The translations under genes and the position numbers were made by a program. Of a stretch of 64,000 nucleotides of DNA, positions 11,025 through 19,645 are shown piece by piece. The notes beneath the pieces are model-generated. The model searched no databases. It saw nothing but the letters and a program-made list of their open reading frames with translations, and had not been told where the DNA came from. The stretch is taken from NCBI GenBank assembly GCA_902489645.1, contig CABUAW010000004.1:13667-77666 (forward strand). The letters are read 5' to 3'. Position 1 is the stretch's first letter. Each line of letters begins with the position of its first letter. The DNA comes from an uncultured Lachnospiraceae bacterium. Lineage in GTDB: Bacteria; Bacillota; Clostridia; Lachnospirales; Lachnospiraceae.

Positions 11025-12193
11025 ATATGAGTCTGGATATCGCATGGAAAAGCCTGAACAAAAAAAAGGAAGAGCTGTGCGGTGACACGGTGGAAATAAT
11101 TAAAACTGAAGATTCGGATATATTACTGCTCTCAGATGGCATGGGGAGCGGCGTCAAGGCGAATATCCTGTCCACATTGACAACAAAGATTATGGGTACC
11201 ATGCTGAAAAACGGCGCTTCCATCGAAGAATGTGTGACAACGATTGCACGGACCCTTCCGGTGTGTCAGACACGGCATGTGGCCTATTCAACCTTCAGCG
11301 TTCTTCAGATTTATAAGGATGGAAAGGCCCTGCTGCTTGAGTACGATAATCCCGGCGGTATTCTGATTCGGGGCGGCCATCACAGAGACGTGCCTTTTTC
11401 AGTCCGCGAGATTGAAGGAAAGATTATCCGTGAATATCATTTTAACGTTTGCTACGGCGACTATTATGTTATGATGAGCGACGGCGTGATTCATGCCGGC
11501 GTTGGGAAAAAATCGGGCTTTGGATGGCCGAGGGCCGAGGTTGTCCGCTATGTGGAGGATGTGTGCGCATCCAATATTTCCAGTTCCCGTCTCATGTCCA
11601 TGATTAGTAATCAGTGCTATATGCTTTATGACGGGGAACCGGGAGACGATACGACGGTCATTACCATTAAAGTGACACGGCCAAAGACGGTGAATCTGTT
11701 TACGGGACCGCCGGTCAATAAAGCGGATGATGTTCGGGCGGTAAAGGATTTTATGTCGAAGCAGGGGCTCAAAATTGTCTGCGGCGGCACGTCCTCCAAC
11801 ATTGTCGCCCGGTATTTAAATAAACCGATTAAAGCGTCTCTGGACTATTTTGACCCGGACATACCGCCGACGGCCGAGATTGAGGGAATGGATTTGGTGA
11901 CAGAAGGCGTGCTGACACTGAACCGCACGGTTCAGATGCTGAACGGGTATAATGCGGGCAAGGTGGACGAACACTTTTTCGGGCAGCTCTACGGCAAAGA
12001 CGGAGCGGCAAGGCTTGGAAAAATACTGATTGAAGAATGTAATCATTTGAATATATTTGTGGGAAGGGCGATTAACGAAACTTACCAGGCGGCGGCCCTG
12101 CCCTTTGATTTGAGTATCCGCCAGCGGCTCGTAGAGCAGCTTGTCAGTGAATGTGAAAAAATGGGAAAAACCGTAACTGTCAAATATTATTAA
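11021..12193 (+). CDS. SpoIIE/PP2C-family phosphatase, HfsC-like
   Basis: CGD, LSDGMGSG, MSDGV and GDDTT motifs. Confidence 0.88.
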   Translation: MNMSLDIAWKSLNKKKEELCGDTVEIIKTEDSDILLLSDGMGSGVKANILSTLTTKIMGTMLKNGASIEECVTTIARTLPVCQTRHVAYSTFSVLQIYKDGKALLLEYDNPGGILIRGGHHRDVPFSVREIEGKIIREYHFNVCYGDYYVMMSDGVIHAGVGKKSGFGWPRAEVVRYVEDVCASNISSSRLMSMISNQCYMLYDGEPGDDTTVITIKVTRPKTVNLFTGPPVNKADDVRAVKDFMSKQGLKIVCGGTSSNIVARYLNKPIKASLDYFDPDIPPTAEIEGMDLVTEGVLTLNRTVQMLNGYNAGKVDEHFFGQLYGKDGAARLGKILIEECNHLNIFVGRAINETYQAAALPFDLSIRQRLVEQLVSECEKMGKTVTVKYY

Positions 12194-12218
12194 CGGCGCA
12201 GACCTATAGGAGAATAAG

Positions 12219-13676
12219 ATGAAAAGAGAATTTATGACCGATATTAATAAAATCAAATTTGAAGTGTACCGGGAAGTGGCCCGCATGGCCTTTGACGGTA
12301 AGCTGAAAGAATGTGCGGATGAAATCCCTTACAATATTATACCGGGAAATACGCCGCATTATCGCTGCTGTGTATATAAGGAGAGAGAAATTATCCGCCA
12401 GAGGGTACGGCTGGCCGAAGGGCATACGCCGCTGCCCGGCGGTAATATTAAAAATATTGTCCAGGTGCTTCCGGCCGCCTGCGAGGGCTGCCCGATTAAC
12501 CGGTTCAGCGTGACAAATAACTGCCAGATGTGTATGGCAAAGAAATGTATGTCCGCCTGCAACTTTGGCGCGATTACTTTTGAAAGCGGACGTGCCCACA
12601 TTGACCCTAAAAAATGTAAAGAGTGCGGCCGGTGTGTGGAGGCCTGCCCGTACAACGCCATTGCCGACCTGATGCGTCCGTGTAAGCGGGCCTGCCCGGT
12701 GGATGCGATTTCTTATGACGAGGATATGATTGTTCAGATTGACGATAAGAAATGTATCAGCTGCGGCCAGTGTGTTGTCGGCTGTCCGTTTGGGGCAATT
12801 TCAGACAGAACCTTTATGGTGGACGTTATCCGTCTGATGAACAGCGGCGTAAAGGTTTATGCCATGGTGGCTCCGGCCATTGAAGGGCAGTTTGGGGCGG
12901 ACGTCTCCGTGGGCATGATTCGGGAGGCGATAAAGGCCCTGGGCTTTACCGATATGTTTGAAGTATCCCTCGGCGCCGATTTTGTTTCCAAAAATGAAGC
13001 GCTGGAGCTGGAAGAGAGGGTTAAGGCCGGAGAAAAGATGACGACCTCCTGCTGCCCGGCTTTTGTAAATATTATTAAAAAGCATTTTCCGCAGGTTGCG
13101 GATAAGATGTCGACGACGGTATCGCCGATGCAGGCGACGGCCCGGCTCATCAAAGCCATGTACCCGGACGCTCTGTGCGTCTTTATCGGACCGTGTATCG
13201 CCAAGAAAAGCGAAGTCATTGATTCCATTACAATGGGCGGCGCCGATTATGCACTGACCTATGAAGAGCTTTATGCGATGATGGAGGCAAAGGGCGTGGA
13301 CCCGGCGGACTATACCGGAGAGCTTCAGCAGGGAAGTAAATTTGGTAAAAATTATTCCGTATCCGGCGGCGTTACGGCGGCCGTCCTTCAAACGTATAAA
13401 GAAAGAAACGAGGATGTACCGGTGAAGGTTTGCAAGGCCAATGGCGCTCTGGAATGTAAAAAAGCGTTGATGCTTTTGAAAGTCGGCCGTCTTCCGGAGG
13501 ACTTTATTGAAGGTATGGCCTGTGTCGGCGGCTGTGTCAGCGGACCGGCGATGCTGAACAAAGAGCGTACATTTATGAAGGATAGAAATGCGCAGATTGC
13601 CCAGGCGGATGACCGTCCGATTATTGCCAATGTGGATACCTATGAGGAATATCAGGTACACATGCACCGGAAATAA
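12219..13676 (+). CDS. Monomeric [FeFe]-hydrogenase with ferredoxin domains, HfsD-like
   Basis: Canonical TSCCP, GPCIAKKSE and EGMACVGGC motifs; several 4Fe-4S motifs. Confidence 0.9.
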   Translation: MKREFMTDINKIKFEVYREVARMAFDGKLKECADEIPYNIIPGNTPHYRCCVYKEREIIRQRVRLAEGHTPLPGGNIKNIVQVLPAACEGCPINRFSVTNNCQMCMAKKCMSACNFGAITFESGRAHIDPKKCKECGRCVEACPYNAIADLMRPCKRACPVDAISYDEDMIVQIDDKKCISCGQCVVGCPFGAISDRTFMVDVIRLMNSGVKVYAMVAPAIEGQFGADVSVGMIREAIKALGFTDMFEVSLGADFVSKNEALELEERVKAGEKMTTSCCPAFVNIIKKHFPQVADKMSTTVSPMQATARLIKAMYPDALCVFIGPCIAKKSEVIDSITMGGADYALTYEELYAMMEAKGVDPADYTGELQQGSKFGKNYSVSGGVTAAVLQTYKERNEDVPVKVCKANGALECKKALMLLKVGRLPEDFIEGMACVGGCVSGPAMLNKERTFMKDRNAQIAQADDRPIIANVDTYEEYQVHMHRK

Positions 13677-13791
13677 AATCAACTTTTTTACATAAAAAAG
13701 GCAGAAGGTTCTTGACCATTTCTGCCTTTTTTGTTATCATAATAAAAGTAACAGGAACGATTATCGATATTAGAATAGATAGGAGGAGGCC

Positions 13792-14187
13792 ATGGCTGCC
13801 CTGAAATATAGTAGACAGAGAGAAGCGATAAAAAACTATCTTGAAGGCCGAACAGACCATCCGACAGCAGATATGGTATATACGGCCATTCGGGAAATAT
13901 ATCCGAACATCAGTCTTGGGACCGTATACCGGAATTTAACCCTCCTTGCAAAACAGGGAGAGATTTCAAAGATTTCCTGCGGAGAGAACAGCGACCGGTT
14001 TGATATTCGGACGGACCCGCATTATCATTTCATTTGCGAAAAATGCGGTCAGGTGGAGGACCTTCCTGCGATGAATATGCAGATGGTCAACGCGTGGGCA
14101 AACGCACATTATGAGGGAGAAATCCTCGGACACCAGCTTTACTTTTATGGCAAATGCAAAAAGTGTAAAGAAGAAGAAAAAAATTAA
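13792..14187 (+). CDS. perR: Fur-family regulator, probably PerR
   Basis: HPTAD, ISLGTVYRNL, HYHFIC, two CxxC; directly upstream of rubrerythrin. Confidence 0.8.
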   Translation: MAALKYSRQREAIKNYLEGRTDHPTADMVYTAIREIYPNISLGTVYRNLTLLAKQGEISKISCGENSDRFDIRTDPHYHFICEKCGQVEDLPAMNMQMVNAWANAHYEGEILGHQLYFYGKCKKCKEEEKN

Positions 14188-14195
14188 AATATCTA

Positions 14196-14243
14196 TTGAC
14201 AAACCTGTCTCAGTAGTATATGATGATATCAGTAATGATTACT
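14196..14243 (+). promoter_or_regulatory. rbr sigma-A promoter with a PerR/Fur-type palindrome at the start site
   Basis: TTGACA-N17-TATGAT (14196-14224) then AGTAAT-G-ATTACT (14231-14243). Confidence 0.7.
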
Positions 14244-14293
14244 AATTTTAAAGAGTCAACTATTAATATTTTATTTTATAAGGAGAGATTAAC

Positions 14294-14836
14294 ATGAAAA
14301 AATTTGTATGTACAGTATGCGGTTATGTTTATGAAGGCGAAGCTGCTCCGGAAGTCTGTCCGGTATGTAAAGCTCCAGCAAGCAAATTCCAGGAACAGTC
14401 CGGCGAAATGTCCTGGGCTGCTGAACACGTTGTAGGTGTTGCACAGGGCGCTCCGGAAGATATCATGGCTGATTTAAGAGCAAACTTCGAAGGTGAATGT
14501 ACAGAAGTTGGTATGTACCTTGCTATGGCTCGTGTAGCTCACAGAGAAGGTTATCCGGAAATCGGTTTATACTGGGAAAAAGCTGCTCATGAAGAAGCAG
14601 AACATGCTGCCAAATTTGCTGAATTATTAGGCGAAGTTATTACAGACAGCACAAAGAAAAACCTTGAAATGAGAGTAGAAGCTGAAAACGGCGCTACAGC
14701 AGGTAAATTTGACCTTGCAAAACGTGCAAAAGCTCTGAATCTTGACGCTATCCATGATACCGTTCATGAAATGGCCAGAGACGAAGCTCGACACGGAAAA
14801 GCATTTGCTGGTCTGCTGAAGAGATATTTCGGTTAA
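14294..14836 (+). CDS. rbr: Reverse rubrerythrin (NADH peroxidase); last codons supplied by the inserted element
   Basis: N-terminal rubredoxin CTVC/CPVC plus di-iron EEAEH and DEARH motifs. Confidence 0.93.
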   Translation: MKKFVCTVCGYVYEGEAAPEVCPVCKAPASKFQEQSGEMSWAAEHVVGVAQGAPEDIMADLRANFEGECTEVGMYLAMARVAHREGYPEIGLYWEKAAHEEAEHAAKFAELLGEVITDSTKKNLEMRVEAENGATAGKFDLAKRAKALNLDAIHDTVHEMARDEARHGKAFAGLLKRYFG

Positions 14837-14885
14837 TCCAAAAACCGCATAAAATCAGGGTTTATAAGCCCATATAAGAAAATAC

Positions 14886-14921
14886 AGGGTGTTGATTCAG
14901 AAATGGATCAGCACCCTTTTT
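14886..14921 (+). terminator. Element-supplied terminator for the restored rbr
   Basis: AGGGTGTTGAT...ATCAGCACCCT stem plus T-run. Confidence 0.75.
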
Positions 14922-14932
14922 CTGTCCGTTTG

Positions 14933-14996
14933 CTGTGTAAGCAAGCTGTGTAACTTTTCAATTCAGAAACATTTTCCGTGTAATAAAACTGTGTAA
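14933..14996 (+). repeat. Left-end integrase arm-type repeats C(T/C)GTGTAA, four copies in two pairs
   Basis: Copies at 14933, 14946, 14976 and 14989 (13 bp spacing within pairs); same motif at right end. Confidence 0.75.
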
Positions 14997-15040
14997 CTTT
15001 TTCTTTCATATTTCTGAACTAAAGTATTACTATTTTTTAG

Positions 15041-15139
15041 TTTTGATACAAAACTAAATATTTTTATCAAAACTATTGACAAACAGCCGATATGTGCTAT
15101 AATCTAATTATGATACAAAATATAATTAAAGTATCAAAA
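15041..15139 (+). promoter_or_regulatory. Operator-promoter-operator cassette, copy 1
   Basis: TTTTGATA-N16-TATCAAAA, TTGACA-N16-TATAAT with extended TG, TTATGATA-N16-TATCAAAA. Confidence 0.85.
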
Positions 15140-15180
15140 CAACTATACAGAATATGAATTTTCTGATAATGCAGCATAAT

Positions 15181-15270
15181 AAAACAGCCACTGGCAAAAA
15201 CCAGTGGCATCCAATCCAAATAAAGGGATAATCTATACTTAAGCTGGGACTTTCCCAGACACCTGAACTT
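15181..15270 (-). ncRNA. Candidate ~90 nt small RNA A
   Basis: TTGCAT-N17-TACAAT promoter (15305-15277, minus strand), CTGGGA/TCCCAG hairpin, terminal GCCACTGG/CCAGTGGC stem plus U-run, no ORF with RBS. Confidence 0.5.
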
Positions 15271-15329
15271 ATATATATTGTATCATTTTAAATTTTTAAA
15301 TGCAATAGACCACAGAAGCTGCAATCAGA

Positions 15330-16343
15330 TTACTTTGCGAGATAATGGGCCACAAGAACTCCTGACCTGAAATGAGATTCCAAGCTGACTAGCATTACCG
15401 CTGTACGGTCATAGGAGATAGATAACCCCTGCTTGAGCAGTTGTTGTCTGTGAGAACCACGACAATAATAAGGTTTATCTAAATCCTCTTTTAATTCCTT
15501 ACCACGTGCCGCGAAAGTATCACGAACAATGCGCTGATATTCCTCTCGCTTCTCAGGATGTTTTTGCATATCCTCTACATATCGCTGATAACGTGTCTGA
15601 AAGGCTTCTGCTCTGGTCTGGTGAAAATCGGCATCATTTGCAAAAAGCTGACGGTCAAAAACATAATCATTAGGCTCTTTTCCGTTAATCAGTTCTCGGA
15701 TTAAGCTAATTTCCTGTTCATTGCGGAAAATAGTAGTATTATGTTTGCCGCCTTTTCCGATTGTGTCCATTTGTATTTCATTCCCTCTGTCACGGAAAGA
15801 ACTAACTCGCAGCTTTTCCAATTCTTTTCTGCGCAGAGCAAGAACACGATTGGCTTTCAAAGCTTCACCAGCTCTTTCCTCATTTATTTTATCGTGCTGA
15901 CGTTCTTCTCTGCTCCTTGTAATATCTGCCAGCCTTCTTTGAGGAATCGTGAAATCTTGCATTTTTAAATGAAATGTTTTGCAGAGAGCCGCACATGTAG
16001 TATGTACCGAGTAGGCGGATAAGCCACGATCACGCTGATAATCGAGATATTCCTGAATATGCTCTTTAGCTTCATCCATGGTGCATTTCTTGAATCCGTT
16101 GTCGGCCAAATAGTCAGCAAAGCGATTTACTTCATATTGGTAAACACGCATAGTTCCAAAAGAATAGATGTGGTCAGCAGTATAATCTACAGACATATAT
16201 TCCTCACGTGTTGCACCCTGATTTTTTAATTGTTGACGTTCCTGATAAGTACGCACCTGATCGTCATGTTTGCTATGTCCATAATATTCCTGTGCGTTCA
16301 GTGCTGCTTTCATTTGAAATCTAATATTTTGTACACGAGCCAT
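15330..16343 (-). CDS. Atypical tyrosine-recombinase-fold protein (candidate relaxase or second recombinase)
   Basis: LRRKEL (R), GKGGK (K), HQTR (HxxR), SHFR and C-terminal AHYL (Y); start MARVQN after GAAAGGGGG. Confidence 0.75.
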   Translation of the reverse strand: MARVQNIRFQMKAALNAQEYYGHSKHDDQVRTYQERQQLKNQGATREEYMSVDYTADHIYSFGTMRVYQYEVNRFADYLADNGFKKCTMDEAKEHIQEYLDYQRDRGLSAYSVHTTCAALCKTFHLKMQDFTIPQRRLADITRSREERQHDKINEERAGEALKANRVLALRRKELEKLRVSSFRDRGNEIQMDTIGKGGKHNTTIFRNEQEISLIRELINGKEPNDYVFDRQLFANDADFHQTRAEAFQTRYQRYVEDMQKHPEKREEYQRIVRDTFAARGKELKEDLDKPYYCRGSHRQQLLKQGLSISYDRTAVMLVSLESHFRSGVLVAHYLAK

Positions 16344-16483
16344 TGTATTGCCCCCTTTCATATGTTGTGTTTTTTTAGAGCGTCCTGCTCCCCATATGTT
16401 TAGTCTGGCGATCGGCTTTGTTCCAAGCACTAAGCCTAAAGCATGGGTAATCATTTTTGCCATAATGAAAACCTTTGATACAA

Positions 16484-16524
16484 GGCGTTAAGTGGTTATA
16501 CCTCTCGGTATAACCTTTAACGCC
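16484..16524. repeat. Long imperfect inverted repeat, candidate oriT or recombination site
   Basis: GGCGTTAA-GT-GGTTATACC-TCTC-GGTATAACC-T-TTAACGCC, upstream of the Tyr-recombinase-like gene. Confidence 0.55.
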
Positions 16525-16554
16525 GCCGATCCTTAGTGTTGTCATGTGCTGCAG

Positions 16555-17457
16555 CTACATATCAATCACTTTCAGATCGGTTGAATTGGTTACCCAATTC
16601 AAAATGTCACGTGAAGTTTTTTCAATTCGGTCAACCGATTTCAGCAATTCACGTGTTGTTCTGCTTTGCGACCATGTAGCCAGATAGCCTGCTGAATAGC
16701 AGATAGTCTGACTAAATCCTAATGCAGAACATACAAGGAAACTGGCAGCTTCGGCTTCAATCTCTTTGATAGCTCGCTCCATTTCCTTTGTATCTTCCTT
16801 TGCGTGCAAGATAGAGTGCGCACGCTCATGGCAGATACAACGGAATGTCTGTAAATCCGACATTCCCTCTTTAATATGGATTTCTCCGCTAACAAGCGAA
16901 AAGAATCCATTTGCACTGCCGCCAGCAAGCTCAGGATCATACATGATTTTATGATCGGAATCCATTAGCTGTTGGATAGCCTGCTGCAATTCTTCTGAAT
17001 TGTCTGCTGGTACATCAACAAGTGTTTTCAGCTTCCCGTCACATTGAGATATGTCAAAAACATTTCCAAGTCGGAAACGCAATCCCTCATATGTTACGGT
17101 TTCTGTTTTTGGTATTCCCTCTGCTGACAGTATTGTTTTCCCCGATTCATCGGTACAGGCTTTTTCTTTACTGAACCTATAAGGAATCGGACAAAGAATC
17201 TTTATTGCTTTTTCACCTTTCCGAACCTGCATTTTGAGGTTACGCCAAGTCTGATAGCTGGCAAGCCTGCTGATATTCGGATTCTGTGAAAAGGCTAATA
17301 AAATGTTATTAAAACTGTAATTATGGAATTTACTAAGCATAATGAGATAGTCTTGAAAGCGACCGCTTTCAAACATTTCTCGGACAGCTTTTTCCAGTTG
17401 CTCCATAGCAGCGTCAAGCTGCTCTTTCCGTACAGTGGCAGATTTTTGGGATTTCAT
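16555..17457 (-). CDS. ArdC-like ssDNA-binding / antirestriction protein with zincin HExxH domain
   Basis: FHNYSFNNILL..ASYQTW..VRKGEKAIKILCP N-domain; HERAH and EIEAE metallo-domain. Confidence 0.85.
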   Translation of the reverse strand: MKSQKSATVRKEQLDAAMEQLEKAVREMFESGRFQDYLIMLSKFHNYSFNNILLAFSQNPNISRLASYQTWRNLKMQVRKGEKAIKILCPIPYRFSKEKACTDESGKTILSAEGIPKTETVTYEGLRFRLGNVFDISQCDGKLKTLVDVPADNSEELQQAIQQLMDSDHKIMYDPELAGGSANGFFSLVSGEIHIKEGMSDLQTFRCICHERAHSILHAKEDTKEMERAIKEIEAEAASFLVCSALGFSQTICYSAGYLATWSQSRTTRELLKSVDRIEKTSRDILNWVTNSTDLKVIDM

Positions 17458-17518
17458 AATTATTTCCTCGCTTTCGTTATATTGTTGTTCACATGGAACA
17501 TTCAATCTGAATTTTTAC

Positions 17519-17650
17519 AAAAAAAGAGCAATAACCAACTGGCTAATGCTCTAAACTTAAGGGTACAATGTACCGCCTGTATTTTGTTAATAGATAAACT
17601 TAAAAAACCTGACTTATGTCTGTGAAAACAGAACCATATATTGCTTACAA
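17519..17650 (-). ncRNA. Candidate ~130 nt small RNA or attenuated leader B, upstream of the ardC-like gene
   Basis: TTGATC-N18-TATAAT promoter (17684-17655), several small hairpins, AGAGCA..TGCTCT terminator plus U-run; shares motif with RNA A. Confidence 0.5.
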
Positions 17651-17769
17651 TTATATTATATCAAATTTGACCTTTACAGATCAACAGAGCGGAAAAGCAC
17701 CACTAATCAGCATTTGAGTAGTGGTGCTCGGAAAATCATTTAACGCAACAGATTTTGCGTTTACCAGTA

Positions 17770-18891
17770 TCAATTCAGACTGGAAATTGCAGCTTCCATA
17801 TCCGTCTGCGTTTCGTAGAGCGCACCTGGGGCAATATACATATCATCCGTAACCAGTTCCCCATTTGCATTTACGATTAAATCATAAACCAGAAAATATC
17901 CTGCTGCCCCTGTAAATGTCTTACTGATTTTGTTTTCATAAAAGTCTATACCCCACCAGTAGAATTTCGCATCATTAATGTCTACCTGAAACGCAATTAC
18001 TGAAGCATTGGTGTATCTGTCATAAGCGGTATCTGAAAAAGTAAGCTCGCTGTAAGAAGCCTCTGCTTCAGATGATAAGGAAATACAGTTTCCATCTGCA
18101 TAAAAATCGAACCACTCCTGAGAAATCTTTTGCGTAAAGAGTTCCGACATCTTGTTTTCCAATAATGCCCTGTCTGATTCATTTAATTCCGAAAGGGATG
18201 TAACATAGCTGTCAAGACCTTCCACCGTAATCGTTTTCTGTGTCTCTTTTAATACATATCCCATACTTTCGCCCTGCTCAGAAATTGATGCGGTAACGGT
18301 TATGGTATCTCCATTTTTGAGATTGCCCTCACTATCGGTTGTATATGTAACATAATACTGCGGATTGCTTTCCGAACAATGGTTTTCAATACTGAGGTAT
18401 GCTTCAGGTGCAATTCCCTGATAGTTAAGGAAAATACCATTTTCTGTATCAAACACGCCGCTGTCAAATGCGTCCACTTCTACAGGCTCCATCAGTCCAG
18501 ATACTTCAAATTTAGCGGAATCTCCACTTACCTTGATTTTCTTTTCCTTTGCAATATCGTTGTCATAAGATACGGTAACCGTCACCTTGTCTCCGTTAGA
18601 AAGTCCCTCTTCTATATCAAGCTGATAGTTCACCGTCACTTCAAATGCCGTAATATCCGCCAGCTTTTCCAGCTCTTCCTGAGATATGTTTCCGTCATCA
18701 TCTCCAACCAAATCCTGTTCCAATGTTACCCAGTCCACACTGATAGCAGCCGTTCCGTTCCCGTCCACTCCTGTATAGTTCACAGTGACATAATCCATGA
18801 GATTTATGGAAGAGGAAGAACCGCATCCCACTAATAATCCCATACTCATAATTCCAATAAGTATTAGCCCAAATAATTTTTTCATCATCAT
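17770..18891 (-). CDS. Lipoprotein with an internally repeated domain
   Basis: Lipobox LLVGC; repeated L(S/K)NGD(K/T)(V/I)TVT..V(S/E)GL motif. Confidence 0.75.
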   Translation of the reverse strand: MMMKKLFGLILIGIMSMGLLVGCGSSSSINLMDYVTVNYTGVDGNGTAAISVDWVTLEQDLVGDDDGNISQEELEKLADITAFEVTVNYQLDIEEGLSNGDKVTVTVSYDNDIAKEKKIKVSGDSAKFEVSGLMEPVEVDAFDSGVFDTENGIFLNYQGIAPEAYLSIENHCSESNPQYYVTYTTDSEGNLKNGDTITVTASISEQGESMGYVLKETQKTITVEGLDSYVTSLSELNESDRALLENKMSELFTQKISQEWFDFYADGNCISLSSEAEASYSELTFSDTAYDRYTNASVIAFQVDINDAKFYWWGIDFYENKISKTFTGAAGYFLVYDLIVNANGELVTDDMYIAPGALYETQTDMEAAISSLN

Positions 18892-18909
18892 ATTCTCCTT
18901 TTCTGTTTA

Positions 18910-19566
18910 TTAAATCCGACTGGCAATATTGAAAATCGTATTTGTTACATTTGCTGCTGCCGAAATTTTGCTGCTGGTCTTAATGCTTGCCAGATGTGCG
19001 GTCTGCTGTTGCTGCTGAGCGATCATTTGTGCATTGGCTTCTTCAATCTTCCAACGGTGAAGCTGTTCTTCAAATTTATCAATCGCTTCTCCTAACGTAT
19101 TTGCCCTCTTAGCCTGAATTACTTTCATAAGATATTCCGTAGCCATTGGATACCAGTAATCAACAGGCAGAAACGCCAGTTCCTCAACATGATCGTCAAA
19201 AATCTGCTGTGCATATCCCTTTTCTTTCTCAATCTGTGCCTGTAATTTAGCTATTTCAGAATTGACTGATTCCTGTTCCTTTTTATAACGGGTACTTCCA
19301 ACACGATAACCAAGATAAATGGAACCGATACTGAAAACAGCCGATATAACCGTTCCGACCACTGGAATCCCCACAAAAACCCGACCGATAAAGCTCCCAA
19401 TAGCCCAGATCACCACACCGACAATGATCCATTTTGTTTTTGCCTTTTTTATGGATTCTGCCAGAGTGTTTCCCTGCTGCTCCAACTGTGCCGCTTTTAC
19501 ATAATGCGTGTTTGCCTGTTTGCAGATTTTATCTGCCGTAGTAAGTGCCTGTAGTAGTTCGTTCAT
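18910..19566 (-). CDS. Hypothetical membrane protein (two TM segments, coiled coil)
   Basis: Two hydrophobic segments, good RBS, co-oriented with neighbours. Confidence 0.7.
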   Translation of the reverse strand: MNELLQALTTADKICKQANTHYVKAAQLEQQGNTLAESIKKAKTKWIIVGVVIWAIGSFIGRVFVGIPVVGTVISAVFSIGSIYLGYRVGSTRYKKEQESVNSEIAKLQAQIEKEKGYAQQIFDDHVEELAFLPVDYWYPMATEYLMKVIQAKRANTLGEAIDKFEEQLHRWKIEEANAQMIAQQQQQTAHLASIKTSSKISAAANVTNTIFNIASRI

Positions 19567-19645
19567 AGATAAACTCTCCTTTTCCTTTGTTTTCTATCTC
19601 CCAGACGATTGAAAAATCGTTTTGGTTTTATGGTTTTGAAAAAAA

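Noticed and set aside
3191..13682. Long antisense ORFs over prfA, hisC and the hydrogenase (and similar ones elsewhere)
   Set aside because: Shadow frames of well-supported + strand genes, with no motifs or RBS.
15154..15231. 25-aa ORF as a type I toxin opposite RNA A
   Set aside because: No Shine-Dalgarno sequence and the peptide is not hydrophobic.
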